Made by a program: the position numbers and the translations under genes
Notes under the pieces: generated by a model
Told to the model about the DNA's origin: nothing
What the model saw: the letters and a program-made list of their open reading frames with translations, nothing else
Database searches by the model: none
Part shown: positions 1 to 11,376 of the stretch, piece after piece
Layout of the letters: each line of letters opens with the position of its first letter
How positions within the stretch are numbered: the stretch's first letter is position 1
Assembly: GCA_030704615.1 (NCBI GenBank)
Contig: CM060734.1
Coordinates: 57,226,001 to 57,290,000 of the forward strand
Length of the DNA stretch: 64,000 bases
Direction of reading: 5' to 3'
Source of the DNA: Takakia lepidozioides
Taxonomy: Eukaryota > Plantae > Bryophyta

Positions 1-23
1 TAAACTTGGTGGCAGTGCGGCTG

Positions 24-3000
24 TCAATGAATTCTGCAGGCACCAAGCAAGGCCCTCCACACCACATCATTAGCTTTCATTGGCATTCTGTTAATCAAGT
101 CCTCTGCCTCAACTAATCGCCGCTCACGGCCAAGAAGGTCCACCATGCAGCCAAAGTGCTCCACTGCAGGAGTGATGCCATGATCTTGACTCAGAGAGTT
201 GAAATTGTATCTGCCTTCATCCACTAGACCAGCATGACTACATGCAGAGAGAACACATATGAAGGTGATACTGTTCAGCTTCAGGCCTTCCCCTTGCATT
301 TCTTAAGACAGTTGCAGGGCTTCCATATCACAACCATGCTGGGCATATCCTGCGATCATCGCGTTCCACAACGCCACATCTCGTTCAGCCATAGTGGCGA
401 ACACTGCCTTTGCATCCTCAATGCTCCCACCTTTGGCATACATGTCCACCAGGGTATTGTTCAGAATGACATCTGGTACAATCCCAGCTTTGATGATGTC
501 ACCATGGACCTCTTTGCCCTTTTCCAGGGCTGCGAGACTTGCACACGCATTACAAACACAAACAAATGTGAAATGGTTGGGCCTGACCCCTTCGCGCATC
601 ATTTGCTCATAGGTCTCCAAAGCCTCCATCCCGCACCCATGCTGGGCATATCCTGCAATCATCGCGGTCCAGGACACCACATCTCGTTCAGCCATACTGT
701 CAGCTTCAGGCCTTCCCCTTGCATTTCTTGAGATAGTTGCAGGGCTTCCATATCACAACCATGCTGGGCATATCCTGCGATCATCGCGTTCCATGATGCC
801 ACATCTCGTTCAGCCATATTGTCGAACACTGCCTTTGAATCCTCAGTGCTCCCACCTTTGGCATACATGTCCACCAGGGTATTGCTCAAAATGACATCTG
901 GTACAATCCCAGCTTTGATGATGTCACCATGGACCTCTTTGCCCTTTTCCAGAGCTGCCAGGCTCGCACACGCATTGCAAACACAAACGAATGTGACCCG
1001 GTTGGGCTTCACCCCGTCACGCATCATACCCTCATAGGTCTCCAAAGCCTCCATCCCGCACCCATGCTGGGCATATCCTGCAATCATCGAGGTCCAGGAC
1101 ACCACATCTCATTCAGCCATATTGTCAAACACTGCCTTTGCATCTTCAATGCTCCCGCCTTTTGCATACATGTCCACAAGGGTATTGTTCAAAACGACAT
1201 CTGGGACAATTCCAGCTTTGATGATGTCCCCATGGACCTCTTTGCCCTTCTCCAGAGCTGCCAGGCTCGCACACGCATTGCAAACACCAACGAATGTGAC
1301 CCGGTTGGGCTTCACCCCTTGCTGCCTCATTTGGTCATAGGTCTCCATCCCACACCCTTGATGGGGATATCCTGCAATCATCGCGTTCCAGGACACCAAA
1401 TCTCGTTCAGCCATATTGTCAAACACTGCATCCTCAATGCTGCCGCATTTGGCATACATGTCCACCAGGGCAGTGCTCAGAATGACATCTGCTACAATTC
1501 CAGCTTTGATGATGTCACCATGAACCTCTTTGCCTTTTTTGAGGGCTGCCAGACTTGCACACGCATTGCAAACGCACACAAATGTGATGTGGTTGGGCTT
1601 CACCCCTTCCCGCATCACTTGATCATATGTCTCCAAAGCATTCTTCCCACACCCATGCTTGGTAAATCCTGCAATCATTACATTCCCCGTGATCAAACCT
1701 CGTCCAGGCATGTTGTTGAATACTTGGTGTGCATCCACAATGCTCCCACATTTAACATGCATGTTCAGAAGGGTGTTGTGTAGAAAAACGTTTGGCTTAA
1801 ATCCACTTTGGATAACGTGAGAATGAACCTGTTTCCGGCTTCCAGGCCTTCCATCTTGATGCACTTACGCAAGAGACAGACATAAGTATCTGAATCCGCT
1901 GAAATGCCTCCGTGGTTCAACATTTGGAGAGCCTCTTTCAGTTGCCCTGCCTCACATAGCGTCCTCACATGCCCAGAAGTGGCAGAAGAGATATTGTGGA
2001 CTGCCTGTCTTGGACTTCTCTTGGAAGCTGTGGTCATCGTGGAGATTCCTGATTTTATCGACTGTGCCGCCACCACCACTGCTTCAAGCTGACCATCTAC
2101 CCTTGCAGGTTTCGTGTAGCTATCAATCCACAGGGAATCATAGGTACTCTTGTGCTTGAAATCCGGCCATCTCGGATAAATCTGGACCCACACTCCATCC
2201 CTCCCTCAGCTATCCCTGCCTCGGCACTACTGATGCATAGATTGTTCCCTTGCTGCTTGCCAGCTGACAATGACAACCCAAATTTTTTCTAGCAAACACC
2301 CCAACGCTACTTATCACACACCTTTGCTCCAAAGACCTTCCAAATGTACTGGGGAGAGAGGCAGGATGACAAATTGCAAGAAAGCTTTTGTGAGGCATCG
2401 TCTGCTTCTCTCTGCAATTTAACAGGCATTCACCTTTTGTCTCGATTGTCCCACCATTGACTGGGGTCCGGAAAATATTCCTTCCAGACCTTCTCCTCAT
2501 CTCTGTTTTCAGTTTTTGGACCTTTGCCTGTTGCCACATTGGCAGTAGCATGTCAAAACTAACTCCAAACCGACAGGCTAACTGGAGAGTTCAACTTGAC
2601 AAAATTAGGGACAACTCTTATATGAGGACAAATCAGGTCAAAGTGTGTTGACGAAGGTGTCCTCACCACGTTGTCCTTGACCTTGTGTCATGAAAGCAGC
2701 TAGCTTTTCTTTCACCCAAGGAGGATTCAACCAACCATCAACCGAAAGGACCTCTTGTGTGCGCTGCTTATGTCTGTAGTCAGGTGATCTCGGATTGGTC
2801 TGTGAGAACCACCGCGGTGCAGCTGAGCATACAGTTTAAGCACGGCCTCCTGAGACAAAGCTAACCCTCGCAAGTACCTTGGAAAAAGAACACATCATGA
2901 AAATTGAAAGGCAGAGTGCACAAAATGGGCAAACTTACTCACATCATACATTAAGAAAGGCACACCTTGCCATTGTAGTTGTTGTCCCACCATTGTGAAG

Positions 3001-3064
3001 GATCTTTAAAATACTCGTGCCAGCGCTGCTCCATGCTCCACGGTAGACCTTCGTGCCCCAAACT
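24..3064 (-). pseudogene. PLS-class PPR gene with partial E domain and two N-terminal OSB-like PDF motifs; disrupted
   Basis: Repeating P/L/S motifs (VSWNAMIAGYAQHG, PNHFTFVCVCNACASL, NTLVDMYAKGGS) and an E-type end (HFGCMVDLLGR...VVWRALLGACRIH). Upstream exons 3064-2966, 2799-2667, 2527-2434 and 2181 onward have GT-AG borders. Lesions: TGA at 1109-1111, TAA at 303-305, frameshifts near 2434, 1835 and 697, small in-frame deletions, truncation at 24. The 5' end may extend to an ATG near 3528. Confidence 0.85.
268..1118. repeat. ~425 bp tandem duplication inside the PPR array
   Basis: 268-693 is near-identical to 694-1118; the junction has ATACTGT/ATATTGT microhomology and shifts the frame. 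Confidence 0.8.
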
Positions 3065-3724
3065 CTGACAGTATCAACACTTGGATAGGTTCCTTCATGG
3101 AGGAGTGCTAGCATAGCTTTCACCAACATTCATGCAAGTCACTGTGGGCTCCATTGGACTCTACACAATGAGGAACATATGACCATCAGTCAGTCCTAAG
3201 TTTATTTTTGAGGCCCTTGGAAAAGATGTCCAAGATATTATTTTGCTTAGGTCATACTCACTCTCATCTGCAAGCTTCCAACGAGCACCACCATCTACAC
3301 CAGAATGAGAATAGCGCTCTGATATCTTCCCTCCGTCACCATACTGTTCTCGATCACGTGGCATGGAAATTGGTTTTCCTTACACCAAAGGAGGGTTGAA
3401 ACAACCCTATGTGGACAGCATGGAGCAGGTAATCATGAGCAAAATGTGGGAACTAGGTGGTATCACAAAGATTGCCAGCTTTAGACTGGGGTTTTGTTAC
3501 TGTTCCGAGTCAGAGAGGGAGTAGCCATTACTCCCTTTTTTTTCCCAGACCGCGTGGGTGGGTCCAAAAGGACCCTTATTATTTTTTTGTTTTGCAAAGC
3601 CCTTTTCAGGGGTCGCGGGAGCAGGAGGTGGTGTTCAAGCACCCCTCCTGCCCCTTGTAGCCAAGGTCAATCTTCGTACAGGGAACGAGGGACCCCTTGT
3701 GAGGCTCTCGCGAACCTGCAAAGA

Positions 3725-4448
3725 TGTCGCGCACCTCACTTCGGTAAACTCCCCTTCAAGTCATAGTTAACCGCTTTGATGCGCGCGCCTGACTCCCAAC
3801 CTGGCCGCCGGGCCAACTTGGAGTTTCGGCTACTCACCGGGACATAACGGTCCCCGTTCGCTTCCTCTAAAACCCTCCACCTATTTGGGACTAGGAGAAT
3901 TCCCTTTGGTAGATGGCAGTCCGGAACAGCTCCCCACTCTTTGGTCGCTTTCCGGCTCGCACGATTACTCACTAGTTTTTGGTCACCAACGGGCTTGCAC
4001 CGTTCTCGGGGTTACTACTCCCTATATATACTTCTGTAGCTGTCCGCGGGGGTTTCATAACCAGCCATGCCATTTTATGGCGAACCACCACGAAAACCCT
4101 CGACTCCCGGTGGTGAGTCGCGGTGAGTCTTGGCCCACTCACCGCGGCCCCAATGGACCGTGATGAGTCCCAAGACTCCCCACGACTCCCACCTCGAGGT
4201 CTCCACCCCATGGTGAGTCCTATGCCACCCCCACTAAGTCCCACTAAGCTACCACCACCCCTTGTGGAGCCACCTCCACCGCAACCCGGTGTGCGGGGCT
4301 CCACCTAGTGAGCGCCTCCGCCTCCTTGAGTGCCTTGGGCACTCAAGGGTGCTTCAGCCCCCCATACCTATCGCCGCCGCTGCCCCCACCACAGGGGCAG
4401 CCCCTCATGTGTCCCGACCCCCTGCCCTCAAGGCAAAGGGCCGCGACA
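3725..4448 (-). repeat. 3' LTR of the Ty3 element
   Basis: Direct repeat of 9970-10693 with TG...CA ends. Confidence 0.95.
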
Positions 4449-5354
4449 CACACCCCTACCAACAGGGAGTCGATGTCCTCATCGACTTGTCCATTTTGTA
4501 GAAACGAACATCCAAGTTGTGGCGTCCCACATCAAGGAGTTTGTTTCCGTACCATGGCGTCCCATGGCAAAGAACCAAACCCCACACTTGACTCCACTCT
4601 CCACTAGCTAGTTCGGCCGACTTCCTCCAAGTCCCGGCCAAGGGTGGAGCCTCTCCAGCTCCTCCCAGTGCACTCTTCTTGGCCTACTTCAAGGCCAAGG
4701 AACGATCCTCCCCGAGGATCGAATCGCCTTACTGCAACAACATTGCTTGCGATCGCTCATGATGCCGCTTTTGGCATCACCTTGAGCAAGGGTTCACCTG
4801 GAACCCTCTTTGACTAGGAAGATAACCTTGAACCAACCGTGCGCCCCAATCACTACAATTGGGTCCGCCTTGGAATGCTGGCCTGAGGTACAGGAACACG
4901 CCGAAGCCGCACTACGACTTCGTCCCGAGGCTACACGATTATAGTACGTGAACGGAAGCACGTAGCTTCCGCGTTAGCCCGCACTACAAGGCAACCCCCT
5001 CGGTAGCGCAGTTATAGTACGCGCACGCGCCAGGTGCGCACTAGCACTTGAACTCCCAAATAAGGCGCAAGTTTCCTTGCCCCTTGGATGGGAGTCACCC
5101 GATTTCGGCACTGCGCAAACACACGATTAACTCAATTTACCTCTCCTACTTTTGTAAGCTAGCATGCATTCTACACACTAGTCAACCACACCATGCATCA
5201 CCATTTCAAACACAATAGGACGCACAATATTTGGAACCCATTTCCTTTATAACAAATTTTTGTACAATACAAGTTTTTGCAATCGGATTCCTGAGCTAGC
5301 TAAACCGGGCTAAGTATGCATTTCCTCCCCCACGCTCCAAGGTTGATGTCCCCA

Positions 5355-8300
5355 TCAACGTTTCTTCCGCTTTTGAGGTCGCCCTTCGAACGCTGCAACT
5401 GCCTCGGATGCGTTTCCCATTTCTGAGGCACGCACCCAAGATGCCTCCACAAGATGATAGCCCTTCCATTTGACGAGATACTCCGTTTCTCGGTTCTTGA
5501 ACCTCCTCGACTTAAGTATTGCCTCCACCTCGTACTCGGGTTCATTTTCATGATCCAACAGCATAGGTGGCGGACGCAACACTTGCTGCCGATTCGGACG
5601 TGCTTCATCTTTGAAGTAAGGCTTCAAAAGGGAGACATGGAATACTGGGTGCACCTTGCTGTTTGCCGGCAGCTCCAATTCATACACATCCTCATTCATA
5701 ACCCTCCGAATGCGAAAGGGACCCGCATACGGAGGTACGAACTTCGGACTCACTTCCGGAGGTAGTCGAAAATTCTTGATGTTCAACCAGACCTCTGTGC
5801 CTGCCTCAAACTTCACTTCCCTCCGCTTCCGATTCGCCTGCCTTTCATACCGTTTCCTAGCTTTGGCAATGTTGTACTTTGCGAGCTTCAACAAACGCTC
5901 GCGTTCTTCCAGCACCGCCGCTACTGCCGGTTCCTCAACGTCCTGGGCGGCCCAACTTGTCGGCACCAGAGGTGCTTTTCCATAGACCAACACAAAAGGG
6001 GAAACTCCCGTCGCGGAGTGTTCTGTGTTATTATAACAGAACTCTGCCGCGTCTAAGTGTTCCATCCAGTCTGATTGGTCTGCCGACACGTAATTCCGCA
6101 AGAATTGCTTCACTACGGAATTCACTCTTTCCGTTTGGCCGTCCGTCGTAGGTCGGAAGGCGGTGCTCATCTTCAGCCTCGTCCCCATCTTCTTCCAAAG
6201 TGCTCTCCAAAATTTACTCGTAAACTTTGGGTCGCGGTCCGAGACAATATCCTTCGGGACTCCATGATGCTTTAAGACGTGGGCGAAGTAAAGTCGCCCT
6301 GTCTCCTGCGCCGTTGCCGTTTCCTTGGTGGGGATGAAATGGGCCATTTTACTGAACCTATCTACCACCACCATGATTGCATCGAATCCTTTTGACAGCG
6401 GCATAGCAGTCATGAAATCCATCGAGACGCTTTCCCAAGTCCCCTCTGGAATCGGCAAGGGTTGTAACAGCCCGCTTGCTTTTTGTACTCGCTCCGGTTT
6501 TGTTGGCATGTGGTGCATGTCTTGACATACTCCTCTGCCTCCTCCCTCAGTTTGGGCCAGAAATACTCTTTCTTCAAGAGTGCCGCAGTGCGCTTGGCTC
6601 CGCCGTGGCCCGCAAGCAGGCTATCATGGCATTCTCTCAAGAGGCTATCTCTGATCCCTCCCTTTGGCACATAGAGACGTTTTTGCTTATACCGGAGCAG
6701 TCCTTTTTGCAAGTGGAACTGCGATTTAACCCCCATTCTCAAGTCCTGCATCACGCGCTTTGCCAGCTCATCCTTCCGGCAAGCCTTCCGGATCTTCCTT
6801 TGGAGCGCCGTCTCGCCCTTGTACACCAACAAGAGCTGCTGCTTTCTACTTAAAGCATCGGCCACCACATTGTCCCGTCCCGGTTTGTACTGGATATCCA
6901 CGTCGAACACTGCCAAAGTATCTTGCCACCTAAGTTGTTTTGGGGACAACTTGGGCTGCGTGGCAAAATACTTCACCGTGACATTGTCCGTGAACACCTT
7001 CACTGGGTTGGAACCAACATAGTGGCGCCAGAGTTCAAGGCAATGCACCACCGCCTTCATCTCTTTTTCGTGCGTCGGCCACCGTCGCTCCACTTCATTC
7101 AGTTTCTTACTTTCGTAAGCCACTGGTCGTCCATCTTGCATAAGTACACCCCCAATCGCGAAGTCCGATGCATCTGTATGAATCTCAAACGGACGATCGA
7201 ACTCCGGGATTTTCAAGACTGGAGCTTCCGTCATCCGCTGCTTCAATTCAGCAAAAGCTTGGCCACAAAATGTGTTCCATACCCAGACTTTGGATTTACA
7301 CAGAAGGTCCGACAGCGGCCCCGCGATCTTGGCGAAATTTCTCACATACTTCCGGTAATAGGAGGCGAGTCCTAGGAAGGATCGCACTCCCGGGACCGAA
7401 GTCGGAGGCTCCCAGTCCAAGATCGCCCTCACCTTTCTGTCATCCATTTTGATCCCATCCTGTGTAATCACATGCCCCAGGAACTCCACTTTTGTGACCC
7501 CGAATTCGCACTTTGAAGCTTTGGCATACAGCTTCCCGTCCCGCAATTTTTGGAACACCCTTTTGAGGTGCTCCAGGTGCTCCTCCTTTGTTTTCGAGTA
7601 CACCAAGATGTCGTCGATGTACACGATCACAAAGTCATCCAACCACTCCTGGAAAAGGCTGTTCATCAGCGTGCTAAATGTCGCTGGTGCATTGGTGAGC
7701 CCAAAAGGCATCACCAAGAACTCATATGAACCATACCTTGTCCTGCACGCGGTCTTCTCCTCATCTCCTTCTGCCACCCGAATTTGGTGATAGCCGGAGC
7801 GCAAGTCGATCCGGCTGAAATACTTCGCTCCTGCCAACCGATCGAAGAGGTCGTCGATCCTTGGCAAAGGGTACCGGTTTTTGATAGTCACCTTATTCAA
7901 AGCCCTGTAATCGACACACATCCGCAGCGTCCCATCCTTCTTGTCTGCGAATAGCACCGGGGCTCCGTAAGGTGACTTACTCGGCCGGATGTACCCCTTT
8001 GACATTAGATCCTTGAGCTGAGTCTTCAGCTCGACCAACTCTCTGTGGCTCAACCGGTAGGGCGCCTTGGCAGGCGGTTCCGATCCCGGTATCACCTCAA
8101 TCTTGTGGTCAACTCCTCTTCGCGGTGGCAAGCCGCTTGGTAAATCCTCCGGCATCACATCCTGGTATTTCTCCAAAATCCCTTTGATCCAATCTGGGCT
8201 CGGCTCCCCATCGCCTTCTCCTTTCACTTCTCTAATGTAAAGCAAAAACTGGGACTCGTGTGCCTCCTCCACGGCCCACTCCTTTGCTGACAGAAGGTTT

Positions 8301-8730
8301 ATTCGCCCTCCCACGGATTTGGGCGTTTCCGACACTCGTAAAACTTCACCACCATTCCCACATGGCAGCGTGACTACTCTCTTGCGGCCATCTATGACCG
8401 CTCCGGATTTGCTCAAAAAGGTCATCCCCAAAATGAGATCCACTCCATCGATCTCGCAGATAGTGAAGTTCTCACGTCCCTCCCAACTCCCCAGTTGAAG
8501 AGGAACATCAAACGCCAACCTTGTCGCCAACTGAGGTTCTCCTTTGGCAGAGCGCACCTCAATAGAGGCCCCCACGTCACTTGTCGGGAGTCCCAACTTT
8601 CGCGCCGCCGCCGGCGTCATGAAGGAGTGCGACGCTCCTGTGTCCACCAACAACGACACGTTAGTTCCGGATATTATCCCATCCACGAACAATAACTGAC
8701 TCCCTTTACGCAGGGCGCCAGTTTCCTGAT
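5355..8730 (-). CDS. pol: Ty3 Pol (protease, RT, RNase H, integrase, chromodomain) with a 1-nt frameshift near 6472
   Basis: [11 protein letters not shown]; VYIDDILVY; [10 protein letters not shown]; HHCC (H...GH...CTTC); integrase core SMDF/VSDRD/GQTER; GPF; chromodomain EYEVEAIL...YLVKWKGY. Confidence 0.93.
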
Positions 8731-9840
8731 ACAACTCACAAGAATATTGCCTACCTTGCAAGTCCTGGCGACCACCGCTTCCACCAAACGACTGATGGTA
8801 TCTTCCGACAGCTCCGTGGTCGCCCGAGTCATGTTCAATTGCCGGGGCTTCGTGCACTTCTTGGCCATGTGCCCGGGCTCCCCGCAATTGAAACACACTC
8901 CATCAAAGGTCGCCTTCTGTCCGCCATAAGCCGCTCCACCCGCTTTTCCTTTCGAAGCACCGGGTGCCGCCTTGACGTGTGAAGGCCCTCCCTTCGATTT
9001 CCACGTGCCATTTTCGCCGCGTGGCCTATCCCACTTCTTTTCCGGTCGGGAGGAGTCACCTTCCCGCCGGGTCTTCTTGTGGTTCAGCTCCGTACGGCCT
9101 TGTCTCTCACCCCTAGGGACATCCGAGAAACATTCAGCTCTCTCAATTGCCTCGTTCAAAGTCTTGGGTGGCTTCTCCTCCAACTTCCGCCTAGCCCATG
9201 GGGCCAGTCCCGCCACAAAGTTGAAGACCATTTCTGGTTCTGCCATGTCCGCGACTTCGAGCAACAGCACATTGAAAGCCTGGACATACCCCCGAATGTC
9301 ATCTGTTTGCTTCAAATTCCTCATCTTGTCCCGGGCAAGCCAGGATGCGTTGAGGGGCACAAACTGTCTCTTCATCAATTCCTTGAACTCACTCCAGTTC
9401 AAGGTTTCCGGGCTTGGGCCTCGGTCGTGAAGGCGTTTCTGCCACCATTGTTGAGCATAGCCCCTCAAATAGGTGGGAGCCACTTCCACCCGATCCTCGT
9501 CACTCAACTTGGCCGCCCGGAAGTACTGCTCTAGCTCCAGGAGCCAGGTGTTGAGTGCCTTCCGGTTTCGAACGCCCTCGAAGGTGCCGGGTTCCTTAGG
9601 CTTCACCTTAAACTTTGCCTTAGTGGAAGTGGCATTAGCCGCCTTCAACACGTCTTTCAACGTCCCGCCAAACTGCGCCAACAACCCTTCCCAAAAGGCT
9701 GCTGGCATGGGAGGCATCTCTTGGTTTGTCGGAGCTCTCGAGGATTCCTCGGGCTCCGACTCCTCGGATTCCTCCCGCTCTTGAGCGGCCTCGTTTTCGG
9801 AAACATTCATCGCTTCCTCAAACGGCCGCCTCGGTGACAC
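8674..9840 (-). CDS. gag: Ty3 Gag with CCHC zinc knuckle
   Basis: 388 aa; capsid-like WLLELEQYF and [10 protein letters not shown]; knuckle [14 protein letters not shown]. Confidence 0.92.
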   Translation of the reverse strand: MSPRRPFEEAMNVSENEAAQEREESEESEPEESSRAPTNQEMPPMPAAFWEGLLAQFGGTLKDVLKAANATSTKAKFKVKPKEPGTFEGVRNRKALNTWLLELEQYFRAAKLSDEDRVEVAPTYLRGYAQQWWQKRLHDRGPSPETLNWSEFKELMKRQFVPLNASWLARDKMRNLKQTDDIRGYVQAFNVLLLEVADMAEPEMVFNFVAGLAPWARRKLEEKPPKTLNEAIERAECFSDVPRGERQGRTELNHKKTRREGDSSRPEKKWDRPRGENGTWKSKGGPSHVKAAPGASKGKAGGAAYGGQKATFDGVCFNCGEPGHMAKKCTKPRQLNMTRATTELSEDTISRLVEAVVARTCKVGNILVSCIRKLAPCVKGVSYCSWMG

Positions 9841-9969
9841 GTCGCCCCCATCGGGCTCACCGGGATCATCATCTTTGGGCCGTTCCGCTTTCGCTTCGGC
9901 TTGCCCGACCCCATGATGAGGCCGATCCCAAGGACGATCGCGTACTGAACTCTAAGCTCTGATACCAAA

Positions 9970-10693
9970 TGTCGCGCACCTCACTTCGGTAAACTCCCCT
10001 TCAAGTCATAGTTAACCGCTTTGATGCGCGCGCCTGACTCCCAACCTGGCCGCCGGGCCAACTTGGAGTTTCGGCTACTCACCGGGACATAACGGTCCCC
10101 GTTCGCTTCCTCTAAAACCCTCCACCTATTTGGGACTAGGAGAATTCCCTTTGGTAGATGGCAGTCCGGAACAGCTCCCCACTCTTTGGTCGCTTTCCGG
10201 CTCGCACGATTACTCACTAGTTTTTGGTCACCAACGGGCTTGCACCGTTCTCGGGGTTACTACTCCCTATATATACTTCTGTAGCTGTCCGCGGGGGTTT
10301 CATAACCAGCCATGCCATTTTATGGCGAACCACCACGAAAACCCTCGACTCCCGGTGGTGAGTCGCGGTGAGTCTTGGCCCACTCACCGCGGCCCCAATG
10401 GACCGTGATGAGTCCCAAGACTCCCCACGACTCCCACCTCGAGGTCTCCACCCCATGGTGAGTCCTATGCCACCCCCACTAAGTCCCACTAAGCTACCAC
10501 CACCCCTTGTGGAGCCACCTCCACCGCAACCCGGTGTGCGGGGCTCCACCTAGTGAGCGCCTCCGCCTCCTTGAGTGCCTTGGGCACTCAAGGGTGCTTC
10601 AGCCCCCCATACCTATCGCCGCCGCTGCCCCCACCACAGGGGCAGCCCCTCATGTGTCCCGACCCCCTGCCCTCAAGGCAAAGGGCCGCGACA
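9970..10693 (-). repeat. 5' LTR of the Ty3 element
   Basis: Followed on the minus strand by the iMet PBS; contains TATATA. Confidence 0.95.
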
Positions 10694-11376
10694 AAAGATG
10701 CCACCATTTCCAACTCATCCGTTGCAACGTTAAAAGATGCCAACGCTTGCGAGGCATTCGTCAGAGCCACGTCCATGGACGCCAACACATCGGAAGCCCG
10801 CTTCAGGAGGGCATCAAATCGTGCAAAACAACTCCAACGGCCCTCTCAATGCAACAGCAAGCACGTCCTTGTGAGCAACACTTGAGGCCATTTCCAAAGA
10901 GCGAAAGAGATTAATGGGGCCACCAAGGCCTCCCCTCTTTTTATATGGATGGATGGATGGTTCCTCCTAGAGGCTGGATGGATGGCCGGTTACTGTTGTT
11001 GTGCCTAGAACGATACATCACCAGAACAAATATGGCAAATCAATTGGAACACAAATGAACACTAAAAGTTATACGATGCATCTCAGCAATGTGCGTGATG
11101 TGGCATGTACATGTCACCTTAGAAGCACTCCATCAGTCATGATTCTGACATGCAATCAGCAAAGCAAATCGGATGCTTCAGCAGTTGCTGCAGACATTCA
11201 TTTCAAATTGTGGACTATCCCAGTGGCAGCTATAGCCAACCAACGGTGATATCAGAGATAGTAAGAAAGGATGTGCTTTGTTGGCCTTCCTCTACCCTCA
11301 AGTGAGGTCAGTATTATGAAGCCGGTATTTACTGAAAATGACATGGTGTGTTTGAATGGGGTCTTTTGACTGCAAG

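Larger units (their letters stand above)
3725..10693 (-). mobile_element. Full-length Ty3/Gypsy chromovirus LTR retrotransposon, very recent
   Basis: Two 724 bp LTRs (3725-4448, 9970-10693) with TGTCGCG...CGCGACA ends and no visible differences. 5 bp TSD AAAGA (3720-3724, 10694-10698). PBS TGGTATCAGAGC (tRNA-iMet) at 9967-9956; purine-rich PPT next to 4449. Order gag-PR-RT-RH-INT-chromodomain. Confidence 0.97.
3533..10985 (-). mobile_element. Small dispersed cassette, copy A, split by the Ty3 insertion (3533-3724 and 10699-10985)
   Basis: The Ty3 flanks joined together match the uninterrupted copy at ~14962-15490. Confidence 0.75.

Noticed and set aside
303-1111. CAA>TAA and CGA>TGA stops in the PPR gene as sites repaired by U-to-C editing
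   Set aside because: Reverse editing is organellar and this is a nuclear gene with frameshifts and deletions as well; ordinary C>T decay explains the stops.
234-1783. Long + strand ORFs (165 and 284 aa)
   Set aside because: Antisense shadows of the PPR repeats.
3736-4611. ORFs repeated identically at 9981-10914
   Set aside because: Chance ORFs in GC-rich LTRs; their identity only reflects LTR identity.
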